Part shown: one piece after another, positions 23,066-34,685 of the stretch | Numbering within the stretch: position 1 is the stretch's first letter | How the letters are laid out: the number at the start of each line of letters is the position of its first letter | NCBI RefSeq assembly: GCF_964204645.1 | Contig: NC_134029.1 | Span: forward strand, 16,238,950-16,302,949 | DNA: 64,000 nucleotides | Direction: 5' to 3' | From: Tubulanus polymorphus | Taxonomy: Eukaryota; Animalia; Nemertea | The notes under the pieces: generated by a model | Told to the model about the DNA's origin: nothing | The model's database searches: none | Seen by the model: the letters and a program-made list of their open reading frames with translations, nothing else | Made by a program: the position numbers and the translations under genes

Positions 23066-26000
23066 TTACTCTCTACATCTTATAACTAATTCATAAATTA
23101 CAGGGAAATTATCTAAATCAATTAAGTATCCATTGTGATTTCTAATTTCTAATTTTAAATTATTGAATTTAGGAATGCATGGTTTGAAATCACATTCTGT
23201 TAAATTATAATTTATTTGAGTTCCAAATTCTTTAACATTCTTCAATGGTAAAATGTTTAGTAAACCAGAATTACAAGTTATATCTTTAGTTGCTTTGAAT
23301 GTTTTTGTAGGATCGATTAAATTGCAATAAATATACAAGAGCCCCAAGGGGCACAATGGCCAGCCTGTCAGATTTGCTTTTTATAAATGATGTAATTTGT
23401 GGGTTATATTTATCAATATACACTCCCTGCTCAATGTCATTTACATAGTACAATCGTGTGTTAACACAGACAGCAGGAGCGAATGTAATATAGAAATACT
23501 AAGTTATTGTATTGTTCAACGCCCCTGGTGGCCATATACAAAAACCAATGAGCTTGAAACTCACCAAGATCATAGACCATGTCATGAGCTACATCTTTCC
23601 AATTGATTGTGGTAGCAAAATATGCATAGGTACGAATGTAATATAGAAATACTAAGTTATTGTATTGTTCAACGCCCCCTGGTGGCCATAAACAAAACCA
23701 ATGAGCTTGAAACTCACCTCAATCATAGAACATGTCATGAGCTACAACTTTCCAATTAATTATGGTAGCAAAATATGCTTAAGTATCAAAATGATGTGGC
23801 AAAACTTTTTTTCCACCTATGAATGAGTACTGATGACCCCAATATGGCCGCCAATTGCGTCATAATCGCCTGGTCAAAAATAACCTCTCGGATATAAAAG
23901 ATCCCTTTCCAAAGAATACCCATTACAAATTGCAATGAAAAATGGCACACCATTAGAAAGCTACAGGACTCAGAATTCAGGCCAAAATTAAAATGTTTGG
24001 GAACAAAAAAGGTCACAGGACGGCCATCTTGAGTCCGATCGACCCAATTTTTCTCATGCCGATGGGCCCTTGGGGGATACAAATATATACGAATGATCAA
24101 GGTTATTGATAAAAGTGTCTTCAAAATTTCCCTCGAAAACTTCTAAAATGTGTAAAAAGTGCTGATTTTGGCGAACAACAATGGCTGCCAGTCGGCCATC
24201 TTGAATCTGACAGGGCCAGTTTTTGGCCTGAAGATGTGTCTAGGGTAGATACACGTATAAACCAAATATCAAGACATTACCTTGAAGCGTCTTCAAAACT
24301 TTGGAACTCTCAAGAACTATCTAGATGGTTATCTCTCGACTCAATAGCTTCAAGACCCATCTCAAAACAACTTTGTTCCATGCAGCATACCATTAACTCT
24401 CGGAAAGCGAATTGGATTTAACATTTTTTTGGCAGAATAAAATTTGATTGAATTTGCAATTCGAGCACATGGCTAATTAGCATATCAAGTTCATACACTC
24501 GATTTGGGAAAAGCAATTTTTTGCGAACCTTGCGCAATTGTCAAGGATGAATTTTCTGTAGAGCAAATGAAAATTCCTCCCAAACACCAAATCAACTAAA
24601 GATTTCATAGAAATTGATCTTGAAATACGATTTTAAATCAAAATAAAACTCGGAAGTAAAACAATAGACGATACCGCGGGTTCACGTGAACACCTGATTT
24701 CTGTAAACGAAATGTTGGTTGTGACAAAATTGTTCAGACAGTTTTAGGTGGTAATTAGTACGGAAACGTAACGACCATGGTTGACTTATTCGATGAAATC
24801 AGGCCTATGTGATATCCAAATTTTGACTTTTTTATTCTCCAGACCTCCCTGATATAGAAATAAAAAATTTTGGTGGTACGAATAGTGCAATTACAGCGCC
24901 GACGGCGACAGAGCCGTGTCAGAGATCGGCGGAGTGAAAATTGCGGAGGTGGACGAACACGAAGAAGAAGGCTATTGAGCTACTTGAATCGCGAAAACTC
25001 CTGGCGCGGCCCCGACGCTTTTCGTTGATTAAGTAATACAAATATCAAGCAATGGGTTTTCACAATCTACCGCCATTTCAATATCACTCCAAAATTCAAA
25101 GAAACCTCGAAATATCGAACCGCAACACTTTCGGTAGATATCGGCAGCTGCCCAACCGGGAAACTTATTTGTTGATAGCATCGATAGGATCCATCATCTC
25201 CCGTCAAGGGATTCGAACCCACTAAGCTAAAGCCGTGCCACAATCGGGTCGGGCCAATCACAGCGCTTGTAACAAACCACATTAGGCTTCTGTGGAATTT
25301 CCCAGTAAATGGGCCAATCAGCGAACACGTAGCGAACGCGGAAGTATTGTCGCGTGTTGATACATGACGTCATGCGCAAAAGCGCCAGTAATGAAATCAC
25401 GATAATTCACGTGAACAGCTGCTGATATTTTTAGATAAACCAATCACAGGGAAGACACAGCTTCCTGATTGGCTGATAAAAATTGAAATTTTCCCGATTT
25501 TATTTTCGTGAAAAATGCAGAAAACATTTTTATGAAAGCCTATTTCAAAATTCTGCTCGCTACCATTCCGAGAATGGATCACGCTTAAATACGTGATTTG
25601 TTCGAATATGCCCTCACTTGGCAAGCAAAAGAGCCTTTTGTGTGGAAACCATGTCATTTAAATTCGCTCCATTTGTATAGTAATAGGCTCAGCCTACGGC
25701 TGGCCTAAAAAGTGTGTAAAAGGTATTAAGTTTGGTGTAGCATCAATATTTGTAAAAGATTTATCTGGAGGAATTCCTAACAGTTTAGCTATAGGTTTAT
25801 TTTACCATAAATGCATGTTTTTCACTATTAGACAACCTTATCTTTATTTTGTCAGAACTCTCACTTTTTAAAAATCTAATATTAAACCCGGAATTATTAC
25901 CTGACTTGTGCCAGGCTTTTCTATTAATTTGTTGTGCTAATGTATCTAAATTATATAACCCCGGTTTTAAATATATATAGGCCCATTCATTTTTATTTTT

Positions 26001-26198
26001 ATTAAAAATTAAAAAGGCTCTATGTTCAACAGTTTTATTCGATATATTGTAAAAAGAATTACATAAACTTATATTAACTAATTTTAAATCAACACAATTT
26101 TTATATTCCCTATCTAATTGTACTAGTAAATTATGTGATTCATAATTTGTAAGTCTTCTAGAATCAACAAATATTCTGTATTCTTTTAATTCTACCAT
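23066..26198 (-). pseudogene. Putative minor capsid (penton-like) gene split by HINE insertion
   Basis: 5' part 25709-26198 (LKPGLYNL, 1-nt frameshift near 25800, IAKLLG) rejoins 23066-23335 as PFTHF|YIYCNLID...LEIRNHNGYLIDL. Confidence 0.65.
23336..25708 (-). mobile_element. Helentron-type non-autonomous element (HINE family 1), about 2.37 kb
   Basis: Starts TTAGGCCAGCC, subTIR GGCTGGCC near 3' end, stem-loop GCCCCTTGGGGC, T-rich target without TSD; near-identical copy at 39245-41638. Confidence 0.88.
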
Positions 26199-26567
26199 TT
26201 ATTTTACATATTTTATTCGAAAATCTATTTCATGGTGCCCTTTTTCATTCTTACCTTTGTATATGAAATAGAAATCTCCAGAACATAATTCTTCAAAATC
26301 TTCACTTGATAATCTATGAAATCTATCTGGTAAATATGTTCTGAATTTATATGTATTTCCTTTTAATCCTTCATATTCTAAGTGTATAACTAATTTATCT
26401 CCATATTTGTTAGTAACTCTATCAATATTTGTAATTAGATATTTCTTATGGATTATTAATTCTTTTAACTTCTTAAATTTATAATCTACTGATTTGACAT
26501 TTGAAGTATCTTTTATTCTATCTAGAAATAATTTGTTGTTCTCACTGTGTGTTTGTTTACTCTCCAT
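26199..26567 (-). CDS. Small Polinton protein next to pPolB, possible OB-fold ssDNA-binding protein
   Basis: Intact 122-aa ORF; Y.I....TNKYG..YLPDRF..FIYKG pattern; function is inferred. Confidence 0.55.
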   Translation of the reverse strand: MESKQTHSENNKLFLDRIKDTSNVKSVDYKFKKLKELIIHKKYLITNIDRVTNKYGDKLVIHLEYEGLKGNTYKFRTYLPDRFHRLSSEDFEELCSGDFYFIYKGKNEKGHHEIDFRIKYVK

Positions 26568-26596
26568 TTATAATACATATTTTTATTAAAATTTGA

Positions 26597-29500
26597 TTAA
26601 CACGTTAGAATTCTTTTCATTATCTCGTTCTCTTTTGTTTCTTCTCTTTTAAATTTTAAGTATTCATCTAAATTACAACCATAAGCAACTGTATGAATTC
26701 CATCATCTAAAATATATCTTTTATCATCAAATGGGTTTAGACCAATCTTTTCAATTTCTTCAATAAACATTTCATGATCTTCAGATCTTAAACATTTCAT
26801 CTTATGTTTTCTAACTTCTTCATTGAATATACAATTGATGTAATCTTTGAAATGAATATTCTTTTCTACTACACTTTTGGTTATTCCTTTTAACTTTTTA
26901 GCTTCATGTTCTTTAGTTTTATATGAATACATTTTAGATCTAATACCGATGAACTCTATCATTTCTTCACCACCTAATTCATCCTAAAACTTCCCTGGAA
27001 CTTTTTTATTATCATTGCTAAACAATTCATGATTTTTAGGATAATTACTAAAATCAAAATGATGTTTTAATGTTTTTAAATCATCAGTTATGTTATCAGT
27101 TTTAATCTTTAATATGTAAGAATCGGTATCAAAATATAATATTTCTATATGTTTTTCTCCAAAAAGTGGTTGTAATACATTATAATAGAATTCATACATT
27201 AGTAATTTTGATAATTCTAAAACTGATGCTCCAACATAAATTGGTTTATTAAATTTCATTGATGTTCTTCTCATTTTAACTGCGGCTAAATTTCCATCAA
27301 ATATTCTGTTACCTAAAAACTTAGGATATGATTGTAAATGCCTTATCCTTTTACCATTACTAACTAACTCAATATCATTTCTATTTCTAATATTTTCACA
27401 AGTCTTACCAAAGAATGCATTATTCATTAGTTTGAAGAAATCTTTCTCAAAATCAGTTTTAGCTTCAGTTCTCTGTTTGGTGTTAAAATCTATATATTTT
27501 TCTAACCACTTAGATTGACTAAATGAAATATAACTATGTACATTTTTAGGACCATTCCTTGTTTTAGATAAAACTTTAACATTCTATAATGTACTACATA
27601 ATTATATTTATCTTCTTGAGTTACTATTAACTTTTTTGTATGAATATGATTTTCGGGTTTAATTCTTTTTTGATAATTTGATAATTCTTCATGAGTTACA
27701 GTTTTATGTTCGGGACAGTAAGCTAGATTTCTAGATTTAAATTTAATATGTTCAGGATATTCTAAATCTACAACAAAGAAGTAACCAGTATCTGAATCAT
27801 CTGCAATATCTAGAATTCTTTTCTTCCAATCAAATTTATCATTATTTTCATGTTGTGAAACTTCACTTATTTCAAATACTCCATAAGGTTGTGGTTCCAT
27901 CATTGCCCAACCATACAAATTATTTGCATCTATATATAATAACTTATATCCAGGGTTATCATTTACATTGAAATATCTATCACCTAATACACCTGAAACT
28001 CCTCCTCTTATAGATTTTTCAAATAATAATAATTGATCTATATTTGTTAACAAATCCATTTTTATATCTGTAAATTTTAATCCACAATCCCATGTTAAAC
28101 CTGGACTAGAATAACAATGACATGGATCAATGTTAAAATATTTTAGGTTTACATCTCTAAACCTTTCGAATATATGGGTTAATAATAATACATCTGATTT
28201 TAGATATGAATCTACTAATTGTCCATGATTTTCTATTTTGAAATGATTCCAAATATTCAATGTTCTATTATATACTTCATCTTTAACATATTCATTTTTT
28301 AATTCATCATAGAATTGTTCTTTCAATAATTCAGTTATGTTAAAATCATTATGATTTTTATAGAAAGAATATGGAATTGCGCCTTTATATCTCATTAATT
28401 GAAAATCATCATTATTTGGATAGTGTTGCTTTAATATTTTTAATTCATCATCAACTAATGATTTTGATAAGTTATCTAATGAACTATTTAAAAATCTATA
28501 TGAATCTATAAATCTTAGGCAACCAAATTGGATATATAATTCTCAGATGTTTTAGCTAACATTCTAAATTTATAAGTTGGTATTATATCTTTTGATCTAT
28601 TTGAATTTAATCTTTCTATTTCATTATTAATTTCTTCTATTTTATGGCATAACTGTTTGATGAATAAATGTGCATCATATCCTGATAGATTATGAAATAT
28701 AACTCGTACAAAGTTAATTTTCTTAGCTTGTAAGTTACAATTCTCATGTGCAGCGCCTCTAAACTTTCCATTCAAATGATCATGGTCTCTTACTTTTTTA
28801 TCTTTATAATTAAATATCTTTTCACAATAATAACATTTATCTGCAAACTCAAACGCTTCTTTATCTTCTTCTGTCATTATAATTTCTATATTTGTATTCA
28901 ATAATTTACTAAATCTTATTTCATATTCAATTAATAAGTCACAAAAATGATTGATAACATTTTCATTTCTATAATCATAATATTCACTTTCAATTAGTTC
29001 TGGATAATCAGATTTAATATATAACCCGAAAGCAGCAGCTGATTGATGAATCTTTTTAATTGTATTTGTTTTTGGTGGTTCTTCTGAAAAATCATTTTCA
29101 TTAGAATTTAATTTCTTTCTTTTATAATATATTTCTTTTCTATCTTGATCAGTTAATTCTTTATTTAATGATTCAAAATCTCCATATATTACAAATGGTA
29201 CTTTATTTTTGTAATCATATTTTTTGAATTCTAATATTTTATCCTTTTCATTTGGTAAAACTAATTTACAATAATCATGATTTTCACATAATTGTTTATG
29301 ATTTAATAATGTACTTTCATTACTGAATTTATGTAAACATTTTCTACATAGATATATTTTATTATGGTGATCACTTTCTGTTCTAAAGAATAAATCTATT
29401 TGTTTAATCCACATATAATGATTCTCATAATATAATATATCTATAACATCATTTGAATCATAATCTTTTGATAGATATAAAGGTTCTAACGTATAATGTT

Positions 29501-30631
29501 TTATATTGTTACCTTTTGTATTTGGTAATTTGATTAAATAAAATACATTTATCTTTATATTATTATCTCTTTCTATTTTTGGGATGTTTTTAATTATAAC
29601 AGGATACTTATCTATCTTATAATTATTTTCAAATGGTTTATAATTTGTTAATCTAAAACTATGTGTAATATCTTCGGTTGGATGTAAGCAACTTATAATT
29701 GTCCATAGAAAACATTTATCATCTTCATTTTGTACATTTATTACAGCATTAGTTTAAATGGTAGTTTAATATAACTTGATGCTTCAATATCTGGTTCTTT
29801 ATAATATGATACATAATTTTCATCAATTGGTTTGGATTTAGTTAACTTATTATATTTTGTGTTATAAACATGTAAAGTCATAAATATTATTTCATCAAAT
29901 ATTAAACCAGATCCTTCAAAATATTTCTCTTCTATTTTAGTTTTTACTTCATTATAACATTTATCTAATTTATCATCTATATGTTGTTTATATATAATAT
30001 GTTGTGAATGAGAATTTATATTATATATTGGTTTATCTTCAGATTTTATAAACTTTACTTTAACTGATATACTAATTTCAGGGTATTCAATATCTATTAT
30101 TATTTTTATTATTTCTTTCATATTTTCTAAATGGTTTTTATTTTCTTCTAATGTTTTTCCTTTATGAAATTTTAACTCGATAGCTGCTGGGCCAATATCA
30201 CTTTTAAATGCTTCAGTTATCTCTATATCTTTTTTATTATCCAATAAATTAATATATTTTCTTACATCTTCCATATATGGTCTTTTATTGTTTAATTTAT
30301 TTTTTATGCTGTTAATTGTCTTCTGTTTCTTATCATTATCTTCATCAAAATAATCTTCACCTAAAATATCATTATTCTTATTTCTAATATGACTTTTAGA
30401 TTTTAAATGTTCATTATAATATCTTTTATCACTGAATGATAGATTACATGTATCACATTTGTATGTTTCTTTTTCATTCTTTAATTCATCTAATTTAGTT
30501 TCTAATATATCATCTTTATATTCTAGTTTCAATTTATTCTCTAAATGTGTTTTAGTTTTATTGTGTCTTGCTTTTTGGGATTTATCTATATTGATATTAC
30601 ATGTTGAACAGTAGTACTTATTTGCTTCCAT
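26597..30631 (-). pseudogene. Protein-primed B-family DNA polymerase (pPolB), full span, several frameshifts and a stop
   Basis: Exo motifs YGDFE, FHNLSGYD, YLKSDV; polymerase motifs YIDANNLYG, FFKLMNNAFFGK, YFDTDS, SKMY; endonuclease VII-like DHDH..C insert. Confidence 0.95.
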
Positions 30632-30853
30632 TTTAATAATAAATTTTTTATTAAAATTGATTTTAGAAGTTCAATGATTTATATCATGTATTATTTCAAT
30701 CACACTTTTAATGTTTAAAAAACTAACTCATACAAATATAAATATTGAAATAATGTTGTAAATATATCTATATATCTATTCTATAAGAGCTTACACTTTT
30801 ATATTGAATAATCTATCAATTTAAATGTTATTCATGTATATGATTATTTTAAG

Positions 30854-30983
30854 AGTAATAGGGGTAATAGGCTTTCATATCAAAGGTTGAGGGGGCGAGT
30901 GAGTAAAAATAAAAAAAAATTTTTATCTTTTTACTTTCTCAACCTCTCGACCTTTGGTATGAAAGCCTATTACCCCTATTACT
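30854..30983. repeat. 130-bp terminal fold-back palindrome of Polinton copy B
   Basis: AGTAATAGGGGTAATAGGCTTTCATA... / ...TATGAAAGCCTATTACCCCTATTACT. Confidence 0.95.
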
Positions 30984-31909
30984 ATCAGGAATAGGCTTAC
31001 CTGTTGTAGAGGTTGCAGTGACTTGTTGCGACGAAGATAACAAGTTTAAAATTTTCTCTTCAAATACATGGAAATCCTTCAGAGTCAGGAATTTTCCAGT
31101 ATCCCGACGATCATGCCGACTTCGGTGACGGTCCCTCGAACGGGATCGAAACCTACTAGAAGAATCGCCTTCATCGATAACCGACGTCGACGAACGATGA
31201 GAAGACCGACGGCGAAACTTCCTTCAATAACGATCGTAGTCCCTCTCACGATCAAACCTTGATCTGCGAGAAGGAGATCTTGCTCGTTTATTACGCTCAC
31301 GGCGTCTAGATCTAGTGGGAGAGCGAGCTCTATCCCCGGAGCGACGATCAGAATCAGACGATGAACGTACCGGATGTTTTGAACCGGACGATGTCTGGAC
31401 CGGACCGGTGCCCGAACCGGACCGATGCCCGACCCGGACCGGTACCGACCGAACCGGTGCGGGCCATTCCCGACTACCGCGGCGCGCGCTCGGTTCAGAA
31501 CATGTAATCTGAACCGGCCGAACCGGCCGAACCGGTGAATGACCGGAGACCGGTGCCGGTGAACCAGCGTTCCTCCCCGGTGAACGGAGTTGGGAAGCCG
31601 ATCGTACCAGAACGACCGGCGACCGCTCCGCTATACGATTAGAAACAGGATTAGAGACGTCGGTTGGCACGTCGAAACCGACGAATCCCTGCTATTAACT
31701 CGACAACGATCTCTTAGTTTAAGAGCCTTATCGGCCCGAAGCCAAAGGTCCTCGGACCACACCTCGCAAATCTTGCAAGGATTGCTCCTTGCACATATTT
31801 GACCGGATTTGCGCCCGCACGACGCACACGAATCGTGGTTGTCCCAGGCGCCAAACAAATGCCCGCATCCCTCCCCGCCACGATGTTGACCCTTAGGAGG
31901 GGGTGGCAT
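30984..31909 (-). pseudogene. DIRS ORF1 (gag-like), frameshifted and truncated by Polinton insertion
   Basis: Cys/His N-terminus CGH..HDSCASC..C..CKIC followed by R/S/P-rich low-complexity region. Confidence 0.8.
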
Positions 31910-32649
31910 AATTATCCTGTCACAATACTAAATTCAATTCAATTCAATCAAATTATATTTGTAAATAAAATTCTTACGGAAAAATAGAAACCAGGGATAA
32001 CCCCCAAACCGAACGGACTCACCGTTATGAGAGTGAAAACTCCCTAATATCCTAATTCCCAGATTTTTACGGCGATTTCTACTGCGAGAACGCCAAGAAA
32101 AAAGATGGCGGATTTCGCTGGTGGCTAAATGCAATACCGCAGGGCCGGGTCGTATAGAAAAAACCATTGGTGATCAATTCAAATTTAGAAAATATTGGCA
32201 AAAACCATAGGAAAGGGTACAGTACTCGACGGAAATACCTGCGAATTAACGGCCTGTAACCCGTACACAACACTTTGGAAAACGAAGTTAATGTGATAGA
32301 GCCTTCATTTCCCGAGAATATTTTCTAAAGTGTGATACAAAGGAGGAACTGGACTGAGGTACAGTCATAGAAATACATCAAGATGAGTCATACTATATAG
32401 GTTAACTTTTTGCTTGATGCTTGAAAAAAATTAACTATTTACCTTTATAGTACTACTCATCTCATTGTTGAGTTCTACAACCGGTTAACACTAGGCTACT
32501 CTACAAATCATCTCAAATTGATTTAAATAAAGCATATATGTCATATCCTTACCATCAAGAGAATTATGAAGTTGTATCATCTCACCAAAATTGAAGAATA
32601 CCAAGAAGGACAAGGATATTATATGCGATGGGTTCATGAGATTAAAACA

Positions 32650-33457
32650 AACTAGGGGTCCAGGGACACCATGCCCACTTGGGAAGTGGTTTCAAAGGCT
32701 AAATAATCTAACAATTTCAATATTCAATACCCAATCCAAAGACCTTGAAAAAATCTGATGACCTTGAAAGTCACCACAATCAGAGAACATGTCAGCAGCT
32801 ACGATTTTGTAATTGATAGTGGAAACAAAATATGCCTTGTTACCAATATGATATGGAAATACTAAGCTATTCTATTATTCAATGCCCCCTGGTGACCATA
32901 TGCAAATCCCAATGACCTTGAGACTCACCATAATCATATACATGTCATGAGCTACAACTTGGCAATCGATTATGGTAACAAAATATGCCTGGGTAATATA
33001 ATGCATATGCCAATATAATAAGGAAATACTAAGTTAGTCTACTATTCAACGCCCCCTGGTGACCATACAGAATAACTAATGACCTTGAAACTCACCACAA
33101 TCATAAAGGATGTCATGAGCTACAAGATTGCAATTGATTGCAAAATATGGATAAAAATATATACGAAAGATCAAGGTAATTGATTTAAGCATCTTCAAAA
33201 TTTCCCTCAAAAAGTTCAAAAAGTGCTGATTTTGACGAACAACAATGGCTGCCAGTCGGCCATCTTGATTCTGACAGGGCCAGTTGGGCTGAAGATGTGT
33301 ATAGGGTAGATACATGTATAAACCAAATATCAAGACATTACCTAGAAGCGTCTTCAAAACTTCCCAAAATAACTGGATTCCGTCTACGGACGGACGCTAC
33401 GACGGACGAAAAGTGAACACAAGGCCGCTGAGACTTAAGTCCCAAGTGGGATAAAAA
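32650..33457 (-). mobile_element. HINE family 2 copy
   Basis: CCCACTTGGG subTIRs, (GTCC)n, about 140-bp tandem units, 3' end GTCCCTGGACCCCTAGTT. Confidence 0.8.
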
Positions 33458-33558
33458 GCACCAGTGAGAACTGTTAGCTCGACTGATAGTAATGGGGAAT
33501 GGACTAATATAATATATGAGAGTGAATTTTTGTAATGTAACAGCACAGATTCACTTAC

Positions 33559-33675
33559 TCTTGCTGTAGAGGTAACTGGAGGTATATCAGTAGTTGACTC
33601 TACATCAGCATACTGTGAGGCTAAATGCAAAATTTCCTGGTTCTCAGCGGCACCAATCACTAATGAATGATTCTT
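33559..33675 (-). CDS. Clock: Clock coding exon 13
   Basis: ttcag/gtaagt, phase 0-0, open 39 codons. Confidence 0.7.
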
Positions 33676-33721
33676 CTGAAATTAATTTTTATCTAGAATA
33701 AATCATTTTTTTATTATTGTC

Positions 33722-33805
33722 ATTATTATTAATACTATTATTTTTTTGTCATTACTGTTATTTTTATTATTATTATTATTATTACTATTATTATTATTAT
33801 TATTT
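33722..33805. repeat. (TTA)n microsatellite, imperfect
   Basis: Direct reading. Confidence 0.85.
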
Positions 33806-34030
33806 TGTTCTCAATAATTGTAATCGGCTTTTTTCTACATAGCGGTCTTTTCACTGTTAAATATTTATAACTTTGTTATTGATGTCAATTTTGACCTTAG
33901 TAAAAATAACTTATTGTAAAATTTCCCCTGAAATAAAGCTATATTTATATTTTTTTTTAAATAATTATCTAGAAGGCAAATCGATTGAAACAATGAATTG
34001 GTTCACATAGAATACTCAACAAGTACAAAC

Positions 34031-34080
34031 CTTTTTTCGTCCATTTCCATCCTGTGATGTAAGTGCCTCGTTAGTATCCA
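34031..34080 (-). CDS. Clock: Clock coding exon 12
   Basis: tttag/gtttgt, phase 1-0 consistent with neighbours. Confidence 0.65.
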
Positions 34081-34174
34081 CTAAATGATAAATCAGTCAT
34101 TTAAAATCACTTAAAAAGTGTACTTCAATGGTTTATTTTAGTAATATCAATACTGTTGTTATTCCAAGACTCAC

Positions 34175-34263
34175 ATGTTTCTACTTCATTATTTTTCATT
34201 TGTGATGTTTTAATCTTGTAGATGGATTCTTCCTTAGATTCATGAAGTTTAACCGTAGCATAA
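34175..34263 (-). CDS. Clock: Clock coding exon 11
   Basis: ttag/gtgagt; YATVK corresponds to CLOCK YAEVR after PAC. Confidence 0.8.
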
Positions 34264-34349
34264 CTAAGAAGGAAAACCGCTCATAAATAAAAATTCAATA
34301 TTTTACATGAATTGATTAGCCTATCTATCTACCTGAAGTCAGAACTTAC

Positions 34350-34497
34350 TCAATAACTGTATTCGTACAAACAATTAATTCCGGTTTTGAATTCCACTGA
34401 TGGTAAGATATATAATAATATGTGCACAACCATAGCCATTGTTGTCCTTTGGTTAAAAACCTGTAGTAACAAGACACTCCTTCGCCAGACTGGGCCA
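34350..34497 (-). CDS. Clock: Clock coding exon 10 (PAC)
   Basis: [39 protein letters not shown]. Confidence 0.95.
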
Positions 34498-34578
34498 CTA
34501 GATAACCAGAAAATACATTGCTCGTGTGTTATATAGAATTAGATTGTTTGCACCGAATGATTAAATCCATGAACTTAC

Positions 34579-34685
34579 ATTGTTTATGACATTCAGTTAG
34601 TTTATTCAAATCATCAGGATGACAATAATCATAACCGGATGTTCCCAAAACTTCAAATGGCTGGAAACCAATAATTGGAGCGGCC
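34579..34685 (-). CDS. Clock: Clock coding exon 9 (PAS-B)
   Basis: [26 protein letters not shown]. Confidence 0.95.

Larger units (their letters stand above)
13526..30983. mobile_element. Maverick/Polinton-like endogenous virus, copy B (near full length, left terminus lost, decayed)
   Basis: Sharp AT-rich island with pPolB, rve integrase, packaging ATPase, capsid genes; subterminal inverted repeat about 13526-13654 vs 30625-30724; right end ...TATTACT. Confidence 0.95.
10397..32237 (-). mobile_element. DIRS1-type tyrosine-recombinase retrotransposon (about 4.4 kb of own sequence), split by Polinton copy B
   Basis: ITRs about 10422-10558 and 32099-32238, 3' extension 10397-10421, ICR about 10615-10711, gag/RT/YR remnants. 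Confidence 0.92.

Noticed and set aside
18496-30631. Programmed frameshifting/readthrough, or pure sequencing error, as the cause of split Polinton ORFs
   Set aside because: Some indels lie in homopolymers and could be errors, but in-frame substitution stops (19270, 26984), a HINE insertion and copy-specific lesions indicate ordinary decay.
13526-30983. Contaminant or chimeric assembly of a free virus or bacterial prophage
   Set aside because: It is embedded in a DIRS element and carries a host HINE that also occurs in a Clock intron.
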